Positions 22,969-33,867 of a stretch of DNA of 46,262 nt are shown here, piece by piece. The stretch's first letter is position 1. The number at the start of each line of letters is the position of its first letter. The stretch is from Craspedostauros australis (lineage: Eukaryota). Where the stretch lies: positions 1 through 46,262 of the forward strand of contig JALAGF010006020.1 in assembly GCA_030167865.1 (NCBI GenBank), written 5' to 3'. The notes under the pieces were generated by a model, which was not told the origin of the DNA, made no database searches, and saw only the letters and a program-made list of their open reading frames with translations. The position numbers and the translations under genes were made by a program.

Positions 22969-25900
22969 ATGAGCACCCCAGTCACCCCGAAGAGCAGCAA
23001 GCAGAGCATCGGCAGAGGCTCGTTCAAGTCACCGAGGACGCCGAAGACACCGAAGACACCAAAGACACCACGCAACGCAGGTGGCTTCCGGGCTCCCAAG
23101 ACGCCCAAGACTCCGAAGACCCCAAAGACGCCAGGGGGTTCCCATTTCAAGGTCCCCGATCACTGGGAAAAGCAGTCGGCCTTGGTCTTCCACAAGCGCG
23201 ATGACAACGTGAACAATCCAGACATCTCGGGCACCAAGGACTGCAAGCGCAAAGGCGTGTGGACCGGCGAGTACAACGTCAAGTCCCCGTCGGAGCTCTG
23301 GGTATTCCCGTACGGTCAGGAACCCATCGAGATCCACCACTCCAAGTACGAGGCCTTCGGCGTATGGGGCTACAAGCCTGGCGTCACGGAACAGGACTGC
23401 ACGACTCCCAAGCACTTCTGGTTCTACCCGCCCAAGGCCAGGGTGCCGTCCTTCTTCCAGGCCCTGGGAATATGGACCTTCCCCTACGTCAAGCCGGAGA
23501 CGGCGCACATCGCACCGGACTCGGCGGGCTTCGTGGACGTCGGTCTCGAGTCGGTTAAGAGGAAGAAGCTCGACGTGGGCGGCCAATGGAAGCTGCTCTA
23601 CCAGAAGGACGGCCTTCCGGTCGTCACGAAGAAGAAGCTAAACCTCAAGATCCGGACGTGGAAGAATGAGATCATCCCGCTCGACGACTGCCGCACGACC
23701 GACAGCATCGACGCCATCAAGAAGCGCGTTCAGGATTTGCGTCCGGATCTGCCCAAGACCACCCAGAACATGTTCCACGACGGCGAGTTCCTTGAGAGCG
23801 CCGCCACCGTGCATGACTACGGCATCCCCAACAACGGCATCATCGACCTGGAGGGTATGCAGGTTTACGTGCAGCTGCCTGACAATGGCAAGCGCCTGCT
23901 GCTGGCCGTCGACGGGCCTGCGACCACCATCCAGCGCGTCAAGGAGATGGTCGAGAAGCAGGAGAAGATCCCACCATCGCAGCAGAAGCTCTCCTTCGGC
24001 GGTCAGTCTCTCGAGCAGTCACCCAAAACCAGGACGCTCAAGGATTACAAGATCAAGCATCTGTCGACGTTGGATCTGGACCTCGACGACCCAAAAATGA
24101 CGCTCTACGCCCAGGAGTATGGCACCGAGCACCAGCTGCCAATCGCTGGCGTCAAGCCCGCGCAGACGGTCGATGAGACCAAGGCGCAGATCGAGCAGCA
24201 GCACGGCATCCCCAAGCGCGACCAGCGTCTCGTGTACAAGGGCAAACCTCTCAAGGACAAGGACAAGACGCTCAAAGACTACAAAATCCCCAACGGCGCG
24301 GTGCTCGATCTGCTGCCGATGAAGGTCACCGTCGTCACGCCCGATGGCAAGAAGAAGATCGACCTGGTCGGCGTCAAGCCAAACTCCACCATCCAGCAAA
24401 TCAAGCAGATGGTCAATGACAAGGTCGCCTCCATCCCAGTCGATGAGCAGCGTCTCGAGTACCAGGGCAAGCCCCTCGACAAGGACAGGAAGACGTTGGA
24501 CGACTACGACATTCCCAACGGTGCCACCCTCGACTTGTCTCCGATGCAGCTCTTCGTCAAGAACGAACAAACGGGCAAGACCTTCCCCGTGCACGATCCG
24601 TCGCTCTCCCCCCGCACGACGGTGCAGGAGCTGAAGAACATCATCCAGGATCAGGAGAACATCCCGCCGAAGGAACAAAAGCTGATCGCGCCGAACGGAA
24701 AGGAGATGAAGGACGACAAGAAACCGCTGTCAAAGTACGGGGTTGCCAACGGCGACACCCTCAACTTGTCCAACGCAGGCATGGAAATCACCGTCGTCGA
24801 CTGGATGAGGAACAGATACGAACTCAAAGATCTGCAACCGACAACGACCATCGACGAAGTTAAAGAGATGGTGGAAACCATGAAGCCCACGTCGAAGGGC
24901 ACCAAGCCTCACAAGCCGGTCCCCAAGCAGCACCAGCGATTGTTGTACCAAGGCAAGGAGCTGTCCGATAACAGCAAGTCGCTTGAGGCATACAAAATTC
25001 CAAACAAGGCGCAGCTGAATTTGGAGGGCATGGAAGTCGTGGTCCGTGATGCCGACAGCAACACGAAGACGCCCATCTCCAACCTCCACCCAAGCGATAC
25101 CGTGGACGACATCAAGTCGCAGGTCGAGAAGAAGCTGGGCACGCCGAAGGACCAGCAGCGCCTCATCCACAGGGGCAAGGAGCTCAAGGACAATTCATCG
25201 ACGTTGCAAGACAACCGGATCAAGCACGGTGATAAGTTGGATCTGGAGGGAATGAAGATCCACGTGCGGACGCCAACAGGAAAGAAGCTGACATTGAATG
25301 TCAAGCCAACCGATACTGTCGATGACGTCAAGGGGCAAATCGAAGGCCAGACCAAGACGCCGAAGAAAGAGCAGCGCCTGCTGTTCAAGAAGAAGGAGCT
25401 GGACGATGGCCGGCCGACGTTGGATGAATGCAACATCAAGCACGGAGACACGTTGAACTTGGAGGGCACGCAGATCCATGTCAAGACTCCAAGCGGCGAG
25501 ACCTTGACGCTTGACGTCAGACCGAGCGATACGATCGACAGTGTGAAGGAGCAAATCAAGGATCAAACCAAGACCCCGAAGAAGGAGCAGAGGCTGCTAT
25601 TCAAGGGCAAGGAATTGAGCAACGGTCGACCAACCTTGAACGACAGCAACATCAAGCACGGGGATACGCTGGACTTGGAGGGCATGCAGATCCACGTCAA
25701 GACTCCAAGCGGTAAGAACTTGACGTTGGATGTTAAGCCAACTGATACGATCGATAGCGTGAAGGATCAGGTGGAGGGCAGAACCAAGACTCCGAAGGAT
25801 GAGCAGCGTCTCATCTACAAAAAGAAGGAACTCAACGACGACGCAGCAACGCTGGAGGACAACAAGATTCCCCATGGTGCCACGCTCAATTTGGAGGGCA

Positions 25901-27060
25901 TGCAGATCCACGTCACTCCGGCCAGCGGCAAGGGCAAGCCCATGACGCTGGACGTCAAGCCCTCCAACACTGTCGACGATGTCAAGAACAAGCTCGAGAA
26001 AGAGCACGGCATCCCGAAGGACGACCAGCGTCTCAACTTCAAGGGCAAGTCCTTGGACGATGATAGTCCCACAACAAAGACGTTGGATGACCACGGCATC
26101 GAGCATGGTTCGACGTTGGACCTGCAGGGAATGCAGATCGTCGTGAAGGACTGGAAGAGCAACAAGCTGACGCTGGATGTCTCCCCGACCGACACCATCG
26201 CTGACATCAAGCAACAGGTGTCAAAGAAGAAGAAAATCCCGACCGACGTCCAGTTCCTCTCGTACGATCGCAAGAGCCTCAGCGACGACGACAAGACGTT
26301 GTCCGACTACAAGATCAAGCACATGTCGGTGCTTGATTTGGAACGCATGAAGATCTACGTCAAGACGTGGAACGGGAAGACATTCCCGCTGGATGTGGAA
26401 CCGAAGAACGCGATCTCCGAGATCAAGGGCAAGATCGAGGCCAAGGAGAAGATCTCGCCAGACAATCAGTACCTCATCCATGGAGGCAAGCTGCTGGAGG
26501 ACGAGCCGACCTTGAAGGATTACAACATCCGGCACAAGGCGACGGTGAACCTGGAGCGAATGAAGGTCTACGTCAGAACCTGGAACGGCAAGACGTTCAC
26601 CCTCGAGGTGAATCCGGACGACACGATATCCGACATCAAGGGCATGGTGGCCACGAAGGAGAGCATTCACCCCAAGGAGCAGCTGCTGCGGTTCAACGAC
26701 GAGGTGCTGAAGGACGAACCGACGTTGCGGGACTACGGTATCAAGTACAAATCCACTATCAACCTCGATCAGATGCCGAAGGAGGAGCCGGCGAAATCGC
26801 CAAAGGCCAGCAAGGCGCCAGTCGAAGCCGTCGAGGCCGAGGAGGAAGACTTTGAGGAAGTGCCGACCTTCCGCGTCCGCATGGACGATTGGCAGGATCC
26901 ATTCGCCTTCAGCCCGAAGACCAAGGCCAAGAAGGATGGAGTGCGCGCGAGGAAGCATTACAGCGGTTTGTACGACTTCTACGGAACCGCAACGAACACG
27001 CAGACCGCTCCATTCAAGCCGGTCCTGCAGGACGATGATTCTGGCGGCGATGCGAAGTAG
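22969..27060 (+). CDS. 1363-aa protein with 14 tandem divergent ubiquitin-like domains, N-terminal (TPK)n and Trp-rich repeats
   Basis: First ATG at 22969. Fourteen units of the form MQIxVKTxxGKxxTLxVxPxDTIxxxK...IPxxxQRLxxxGKxL...TLxDYxI...TLxL between ~23638 and 26772. None ends in LRGG. Confidence 0.95.
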   Translation: MSTPVTPKSSKQSIGRGSFKSPRTPKTPKTPKTPRNAGGFRAPKTPKTPKTPKTPGGSHFKVPDHWEKQSALVFHKRDDNVNNPDISGTKDCKRKGVWTGEYNVKSPSELWVFPYGQEPIEIHHSKYEAFGVWGYKPGVTEQDCTTPKHFWFYPPKARVPSFFQALGIWTFPYVKPETAHIAPDSAGFVDVGLESVKRKKLDVGGQWKLLYQKDGLPVVTKKKLNLKIRTWKNEIIPLDDCRTTDSIDAIKKRVQDLRPDLPKTTQNMFHDGEFLESAATVHDYGIPNNGIIDLEGMQVYVQLPDNGKRLLLAVDGPATTIQRVKEMVEKQEKIPPSQQKLSFGGQSLEQSPKTRTLKDYKIKHLSTLDLDLDDPKMTLYAQEYGTEHQLPIAGVKPAQTVDETKAQIEQQHGIPKRDQRLVYKGKPLKDKDKTLKDYKIPNGAVLDLLPMKVTVVTPDGKKKIDLVGVKPNSTIQQIKQMVNDKVASIPVDEQRLEYQGKPLDKDRKTLDDYDIPNGATLDLSPMQLFVKNEQTGKTFPVHDPSLSPRTTVQELKNIIQDQENIPPKEQKLIAPNGKEMKDDKKPLSKYGVANGDTLNLSNAGMEITVVDWMRNRYELKDLQPTTTIDEVKEMVETMKPTSKGTKPHKPVPKQHQRLLYQGKELSDNSKSLEAYKIPNKAQLNLEGMEVVVRDADSNTKTPISNLHPSDTVDDIKSQVEKKLGTPKDQQRLIHRGKELKDNSSTLQDNRIKHGDKLDLEGMKIHVRTPTGKKLTLNVKPTDTVDDVKGQIEGQTKTPKKEQRLLFKKKELDDGRPTLDECNIKHGDTLNLEGTQIHVKTPSGETLTLDVRPSDTIDSVKEQIKDQTKTPKKEQRLLFKGKELSNGRPTLNDSNIKHGDTLDLEGMQIHVKTPSGKNLTLDVKPTDTIDSVKDQVEGRTKTPKDEQRLIYKKKELNDDAATLEDNKIPHGATLNLEGMQIHVTPASGKGKPMTLDVKPSNTVDDVKNKLEKEHGIPKDDQRLNFKGKSLDDDSPTTKTLDDHGIEHGSTLDLQGMQIVVKDWKSNKLTLDVSPTDTIADIKQQVSKKKKIPTDVQFLSYDRKSLSDDDKTLSDYKIKHMSVLDLERMKIYVKTWNGKTFPLDVEPKNAISEIKGKIEAKEKISPDNQYLIHGGKLLEDEPTLKDYNIRHKATVNLERMKVYVRTWNGKTFTLEVNPDDTISDIKGMVATKESIHPKEQLLRFNDEVLKDEPTLRDYGIKYKSTINLDQMPKEEPAKSPKASKAPVEAVEAEEEDFEEVPTFRVRMDDWQDPFAFSPKTKAKKDGVRARKHYSGLYDFYGTATNTQTAPFKPVLQDDDSGGDAK

Positions 27061-27459
27061 GGCAGGAGCCGTGCAATTCCAGGACGAGGGCTTCCGTCGT
27101 GCTTCGATTTTGTCGATTGCGATCAAATGGAAGCACTGTGTGTGGTACTACGGACGAGTATGGTACATTGCGACAAATTGGAATAGAGTAAACTAATCTC
27201 TATTATCAGACTCCCCGTACTACGGACATGGAGTAGAGCAATGCAAAAATGGGGGCATGCATACGGAGTATGTATTCTTGTGATGTGTGGCACGATCCAC
27301 TCGGGCGCGGGTGCAGCAGCGCAAATGTTGCGCTGCCCGCATTCCAATCCGTTCAAAAAGAGATCATTGTTTGTGCAATTGCACAGCCCGACCGCCGTTG
27401 TCGCCAAGATCACCGGCGACAAAGGAAAGCGAAGGAGAGCAAAACCACTTGCCGTTCGC

Positions 27460-29046
27460 TCACAGCAGCATGGCGCTGTCAACCTTGATTTGATCCGGCA
27501 GCTTCAGGCTATTTCTCCCAAAGATCCGGCGCAGCAACCTCCCCGTCGGACTCGTGGTGAGGGCATCCTCCGTCAGCCTCTGGTGATGCTCCTCCACATC
27601 CGGCACCGACTTGCGGATGCGCCGCTCAATCTCGTGAAAGTTGGGACGCAGGTCGGGATCTTCCTGCCAGCAGTCCTCCAGGAGTGTGCGGATGCAGAAG
27701 GGAAGATCGGGATGGCACCTGGGACGCACACGCAGCTTGGCGACGGCCTCGACCAATGTGGACTGGGTCTTGTGCTTGCCGTACGGCTTCTCACCGTGGC
27801 AGATCTCCCACAGCACGAGAGCGAAGGTGTAGACGTCGGACGCGTACGACACGCCTTCCGTGCCCGTCAAGACCTCTGGCGCCATGTACCGCATCGTGCC
27901 GCATACGTTGGGGGCGGTCTGATCAATGTCCTGCTGCGACGCCGCGTTGTCCTCATCGTCTTCCACGCCGCTCGATCGGTTGGGGATGACGATGTTACGC
28001 TTCTCTCGCACGCGGCGCACCATGCCAAAATCAAAGAGCTTGACGGTGTTCGTGTGCTTCTCGTAGCCGATGTTGGAAGGCTTGAGATCGCCAAAGATGA
28101 ACTGCTTGGAGTGCAGGTAGTCCATGGCCCGGGCGATGCCGAGCGCATCCTGCAGGTAGATCTCCAAGTTGAGCGGATTCCTGGGATTGTAGCTGCGATG
28201 GACGGCGCGGCTTCCCGGCGATGCCCTGTGCTTGAGGGCCGCCAACCGTGATGAAAGATCCAGCTTCTTCTTGTGAAGCTTCGGCGAGACGGGCAGGTCC
28301 TCATGATTCTGCTGCTTGAGCTTGGCCTCCAGAGTTTGCTTCTGCAGAATCTCCATGACGAGGAACAGCGTGCCGTGTCCGTAATACTTGACGATATTGG
28401 GATGCCTGAGCTTGGAGAGGATGGCGCCCTCCATGGCAAGATCGACGACCGCGACGGTGGCGTGAGTGGGGCACTTGGCTGTTTTCTGGCTGTTGACGCA
28501 CTTGACTGCGTACTCCTGATCGCGTTGCTGTTGTTGTTGCTGTTGTTGTTGCTGTTGTTGTTGCTGGGTGGAAGAGCTGCAGGACTTGGTGCGATCGTGG
28601 GCCGAGACTGCGCTGATGGTGCTGGCACAGATGCTGCCTGGCGAGGAGAGGCTCGCGCAGGTGGTGGAGCTGGCTGTGGTCACCGTATCGCCATCGCAGG
28701 GGCAGGCGTTCATCTCGTGGGTCAGGAAACCGCTGCTGCTGCTGCTACTGCTGGTGTGGTTGCTGCTGGCGTCTAAGCCATCACCAAAGACGTCCGGATT
28801 GGAGATCCTGGCTCTGTAAACATGCCCGTAAGCACCGCTTCCTAGCAGCTCGAGGATGTCGAGATCATTGAGGTCGATGCGCAGCTTTGGCGACAGCCTG
28901 CGCATGGAAGGCTGGCGGCTGCCCACATCCTCCGTCAGACTGACGAAGGATCCGTAGTAGCGCTTGTGGAAGGAACCGACCTCCTCGCGTGCTTTCTCCT
29001 GAGCTGATGCACAGAATCGGTTGTTGCTGGGGTCCTCGAGCTTCAT
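27460..29046 (-). CDS. Protein kinase, TKL-like, non-RD, 528 aa (paralog A)
   Basis: LGSGAYGHVY, YAVK, alphaC Glu (DLAMEG), FGDLKPSN, DFG, GTMRYMAPE, SDVYTF, CW..DPDLRPNF. First ATG is 29046 (the ORF-track start at 29091 is TTG). Confidence 0.93.
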   Translation of the reverse strand: MKLEDPSNNRFCASAQEKAREEVGSFHKRYYGSFVSLTEDVGSRQPSMRRLSPKLRIDLNDLDILELLGSGAYGHVYRARISNPDVFGDGLDASSNHTSSSSSSSGFLTHEMNACPCDGDTVTTASSTTCASLSSPGSICASTISAVSAHDRTKSCSSSTQQQQQQQQQQQQQQRDQEYAVKCVNSQKTAKCPTHATVAVVDLAMEGAILSKLRHPNIVKYYGHGTLFLVMEILQKQTLEAKLKQQNHEDLPVSPKLHKKKLDLSSRLAALKHRASPGSRAVHRSYNPRNPLNLEIYLQDALGIARAMDYLHSKQFIFGDLKPSNIGYEKHTNTVKLFDFGMVRRVREKRNIVIPNRSSGVEDDEDNAASQQDIDQTAPNVCGTMRYMAPEVLTGTEGVSYASDVYTFALVLWEICHGEKPYGKHKTQSTLVEAVAKLRVRPRCHPDLPFCIRTLLEDCWQEDPDLRPNFHEIERRIRKSVPDVEEHHQRLTEDALTTSPTGRLLRRIFGRNSLKLPDQIKVDSAMLL

Positions 29047-30729
29047 CGTTGGTTGGTTGTTCCAATTGGTTGTTCCAATTGATTGTTGCAATTGATTGGT
29101 GCGTGTTCTGTGATTATGAGCACAAAGTGACCCAAGTCAGCTCTCTTCGATTGCGCTTCGATTGCGCTTGAATTCCACTGTAACTGCGTCTGAGATGGAG
29201 ACGCTCGTGCTGATAGCGTTCGTTGATGGTTTGATGGTGTTGGAAGAGGGGAACGGTGGTGCCATGTGGAAGAAGATAAGCCTCCAACACAACCCGTTTT
29301 ATCGCTCTATCACTCTATCACTCTATCACTGTGTCGCTCTGTCGCTCTGTCGATACAGATGCACATCCAGATGCTCCTGCGATTGTTGCAGATAGTTGTA
29401 TGCATGCCCTCAATCGCGTGATGCTGTTCTTGCACAGTTGGCGATCCTTCCTGTTGATGGGGATGAGTCGAGCAGGTGCGAGCACCAACAGAGTGGTTGT
29501 GGACGTGTGCTGTTCGACCTGGATCATCAACAGTGGATGGTCGCATTGGGTTCCAATTTGGTCGTCTGCTTGTTGTGTTGGTTGTGTTTGTTGTTGGCTG
29601 GGAATTGGTGATCTGTTTTCGCACTTTGTTCCGGCGTTTTTGGTTCGTGATGCGCGCAAAGAACGTGAGACGAAGCGAATGGAAAAGGGTTCGAAAATAT
29701 TGAACCTTCTGTCACAAGCTCGTAATCTTTGTCGATTGTGACATGCGCCTTATGTGTCAAATATATCATTTATCTGAAACGTCTTCAGAGAATCGACTTT
29801 ACGAGCAATCGTCGCGTCGCCAATGCCACAAGTTGGTCGTGCCTTGGGGCATTATTTGACCTATCGCCTCATTTTGTCCCCGTGAATTTGTATTCGTGCC
29901 TGTCTTCGTGTTCGCGCCACAAGTTCTGGAGTCACGTTGTCGAGGACCAACTCGACAAAGCTGGGAGCAAATGGACCGTGCAATGTGTCATCGCGTTCTG
30001 TGGTGGCACTACTCCGTCCAGACACGTAACATTCAGAGGCACAACAACGCAAGAGATGGCTTCAAAAATGTCCAAACACGTTTCTTGTTGTTGCACGTGA
30101 CTCATTCGTGAATCAGACAACTCCATATCATTCAACAGTATTCAGTCCTGAATACAATAAAAGATCATCAGAACCGAATGCGGGACTTCCAGAAGACATC
30201 AAAATCGGTCCATCAGACGTGTATGCTGCACACGCCACAACATCACGCAGTTCGGAGAAACAACCCGTTGTCAAAGTTTTGTCCGTTTCGGAGGTTCTCT
30301 GCTTCGCTCGAATGCTGGACAAGTTCGTCTATTGTATTTATTGGTTGACATGGATATCGTTCGTCATGTGTGCGTCGGTTGGTCGATTCAGTCGTTTTGG
30401 AACAGGCTACGCTGTACTCGTAGAGGGTCTATCGATACATATCTGTAGAGAGGATACGAATGCAACAAGGTGTGGGGTCACTCCGGACTGGCGCATCGAA
30501 CTATGATACTCTTTTGGCGTCAAGACTCGTGCGAGTATGATACAAGTGATAGCCATGGGTGTTGCGCCCTTCGCACGCACGTAGCAATGCATCATAATCC
30601 GCATTAGTGTGTTATTATATGTCTCAACAACAAAGAGATTCAGATATTCTTATTAGAACCGTTTTGTTCTAATGTATGTATGGTACTCGTAAAACTCTTA
30701 CGAGGAAGAAATGGCTGCTGCGGGCCACC

Positions 30730-32175
30730 TCACGACAGCATGACGCTGTCCACCTTGATCTGATCCGACGAGTCGCGGCCAAAGATGCGGCGCAGCAGCT
30801 TCCCCGGCGACGGCTTCGGACTCGATTTTTCCCAGTCATGACATTCCTCCACCGACTTGCGAATGCGGCGTTCGATCTCGACGAAGTTGGGACGCAGATC
30901 CGGATCGTGCTGCCAGCAATCCTGAAGCAGCGTGCGGATGCAGAACGGCAGATCGGAGTGGCACTTGGGGCGCACCTGGTCCTTCTCGACGGCCTGGCGC
31001 AACATCGCCGGCGTCCGGTACTGCCCGAAAGGCTTCTCGCCGTGGCAGATCTCCCACAGAACGAGCGCGAAAGTGTAGACATCGGAGGCGTACGACACGC
31101 CCTGGCTTCCTGTCATCACCTCGGGCGCCATGTACCGCATCGTGCCGCAGATGTTGAGAGATTCGGTCTTCTCGAGGTGCTGCGGCGTGGATTGCGTGTT
31201 GGTCTGCTTCGCTGGAGCGACCTTATCGGGCACAACGACGTTGCGCTTTTGTTGGACCCTGCGCGCCATGCCGAAATCAAAGAGCTTGACGGCACCCGTG
31301 TGCTGGTCGTATCCGATATTGGAGGGCTTGAGATCGCCAAAGACGAATTGCTTGGAATGCAGATAGTCCATGGCCTGGGCGATGCCGAGCGCATCCTGTT
31401 TGTAGAGTTGGAGATTGAGGGGCTTCCTGTGATTCTGATTTCTACCAAGGAGGCCGCCGCCGCCGATGCCGATCGTCTTTGATTTGTTCTTGGTTTTGCT
31501 CTTGTTGTTGGCCTTTGGTTTGATGGAGGATATCAACGACGCACCGGGACGGTCGTCTCTGTTTGCATTCCCGCTGTGTGAGTATGGGAGCTGCGATTGG
31601 TCCTGCTGCTTGATCCTATCCTCCAGGGTTTGCTTTTGCAGGATTTCCATGATGAGGAACAGCGTGCCATGCCCGTAGTACTTGACGATGTTGGGGTGCC
31701 TGAGCTTGGAGAGGATGGCGCCTTCCATGGCGAGATCGACAGTGGCGACGGTTGCATGGTCCGGTGATTTTGCCGTCTGCTGCGAGTTGATGCACTTGAC
31801 GGCGTACTCTTTGTGTGAGTCTTTGCTGTTATTAGCGTTTGTATTGTCGCCGTTGCCATCAACGATTCGAGCACTGAGGACGTCCGGGTTCGATATCCTG
31901 GCCCTGTAGACACTGCCGTACGCACCGCTGCCCAAACGCTCGATGGCATCAAGGTCGTTGAGATCGATGCGCATCTTGGAGGAGAGACGGCAGACCGACG
32001 GCTGACGGCTGCCTAGATCTCTGGTCGTTGTGACGAAGGAACCGTAGTAGCGCCTATTGAATGTGCCCACCTCCTTGCGCGCCTGCGTCTGAGCCGATGC
32101 ACAGAAGCGGTTGTATGCTGTGGGATCCTCCAGCTTGGCCCCTCTCGATCTGGTTTGCGCATATTGGTTGGTCAT
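30730..32175 (-). CDS. Protein kinase, TKL-like, non-RD, 481 aa (paralog B)
   Basis: Same motifs as paralog A (LGSGAYGSVY, YAVK, FGDLKPSN, DFG, APE) and shared N- and C-terminal extensions. Confidence 0.94.
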   Translation of the reverse strand: MTNQYAQTRSRGAKLEDPTAYNRFCASAQTQARKEVGTFNRRYYGSFVTTTRDLGSRQPSVCRLSSKMRIDLNDLDAIERLGSGAYGSVYRARISNPDVLSARIVDGNGDNTNANNSKDSHKEYAVKCINSQQTAKSPDHATVATVDLAMEGAILSKLRHPNIVKYYGHGTLFLIMEILQKQTLEDRIKQQDQSQLPYSHSGNANRDDRPGASLISSIKPKANNKSKTKNKSKTIGIGGGGLLGRNQNHRKPLNLQLYKQDALGIAQAMDYLHSKQFVFGDLKPSNIGYDQHTGAVKLFDFGMARRVQQKRNVVVPDKVAPAKQTNTQSTPQHLEKTESLNICGTMRYMAPEVMTGSQGVSYASDVYTFALVLWEICHGEKPFGQYRTPAMLRQAVEKDQVRPKCHSDLPFCIRTLLQDCWQHDPDLRPNFVEIERRIRKSVEECHDWEKSSPKPSPGKLLRRIFGRDSSDQIKVDSVMLS

Positions 32176-33867
32176 GGTCTGTTTGTTTTGCTTTGTTCTG
32201 CTTGTACTGTTTGTTCTGTTTGGTTTCTGATGAAAGGATGCTGATGGGAGGGGAAGACGGTGATGGGAGGACGCAGTTTATGACCCTCTCATTTCATGCA
32301 CGTTGTGATGGGCAACGAGAATGAAAGAGAGAGAGAGATGGGTGGCAATGGGTGGACGGATGATTTGATGTGATTTGATGTGATGTGATGTGAACAAGGG
32401 GATCATCCACGGAACTTTGTGATCATCTGCACCACCCCGTGCTGTTCATGATTGTGATGTTGCTCCTTCTGGAAGTTTGTTCTCATGTTGCTCTTGTTGA
32501 TGGTGTCCAATGTTTCCGCGAAGATCGTGCCGTTCTGCGTGCGTGAACCGTACTGGTATTAGTGCACACGACGCGAGCATGGCATGGCGAAGACACACTG
32601 GTAAAAATGTGGGAGGGAATGTCGTGTGGGCACTTGTTGTCTCACATTTCTTGTCGTATAGGACATGTTTGTGACAGCAGCTGATAAGTATGGACATGGC
32701 TTAAGTCTTGTGCGAGAGAGCTTTTGGTTTGATTCGTGCGACAGTTTGGTCTTGGCACCATGAACTTCGCCGCTTTTTGTATTTCGCCAAACGGGTCGTG
32801 GACATCCGGGACAGAGGTACTGCTACAACGTTATGTGGGAGTGCTTGGATTCTCTTTGGTTCACGGATCATTATCTGGGAACCGTGACGTGACGCAAGTC
32901 GTTCGTGCCTGATCGGGACAGAAAAGATGCCTGAAAAGACCGAACGAACAGAGATGTGGACAAAGGGAGACACATCAAGCGACAGACCATGACATGTTTG
33001 TCTTGTGTCCCTTGTGTCTTTGTGTTGCGCCGCGGTCGTGTTGGTGTTCGGTGATGGGGAGAAGGAGGGTGGCGGCATTTGCGAAGACGCCTCACACACC
33101 CACCCACCCACACTCTCTGCATCGCAGCTCACCTCTCATTCGCACTCGCACTTGCATTCGAACAAAGTTGGGCAGCTCGTGACTCGTGGCGTGTAGGAGT
33201 ATCACCTGGCGAAGAAAGGAGAGCATCATCTGCATCCTCCATCCAGACCAGTACTCGCATCGGAGTGTCCACGAAGGCATCCAAGGGGATCCAACGAACC
33301 AGCGGAAGAAGCAAGTGCACTGGAGCGAGGACAGAAGGTGGAGCTGATAGTGGAGCTGGAGCTGATAGTGAAGTCAAGGGAGAGACGCCTCGCAACACAA
33401 CAAGGAGAAAACGAACGACGAACAACAGACGAACTGAGCAAGGAGTATCGAAGCAGGAGAAAGAGAAAGCGCTTTCCATCCTTCTACTATCTGCGCTCCT
33501 TCCGCAGATCGTACTCGTGCGAGTTGGATCGGCCTTGTGACGCCAACGAACCACAGAACCACAGAACCAACCGAAGCATAGATCGTTCTATTGGGACTAG
33601 TCGTACGACTACGCTTACCACAAAGCATCAAAGCGTCAAAGCACCAGCAGATTCCTCTCAGATTGAGAGAGAGAGAGAGAGACTGTGAGACATCACCATA
33701 CGAGCTATTATACGAGGAGAGTAACTGTACGTGCGCACCCATACCTTTGACAGGCAAACGTAGTCAGACGCAACCATCTCCATACGTATTATACCATACA
33801 AGCGTGCCACACAAGCGTGCCACACAAACTAATACGCACCCGGCCTTCATCAAAACAACGTCACAAG

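Noticed and set aside
22969..27060. Annotation as polyubiquitin (UBB/UBC-like)
   Set aside because: Units are highly divergent, lack LRGG and are flanked by unrelated N- and C-terminal regions.
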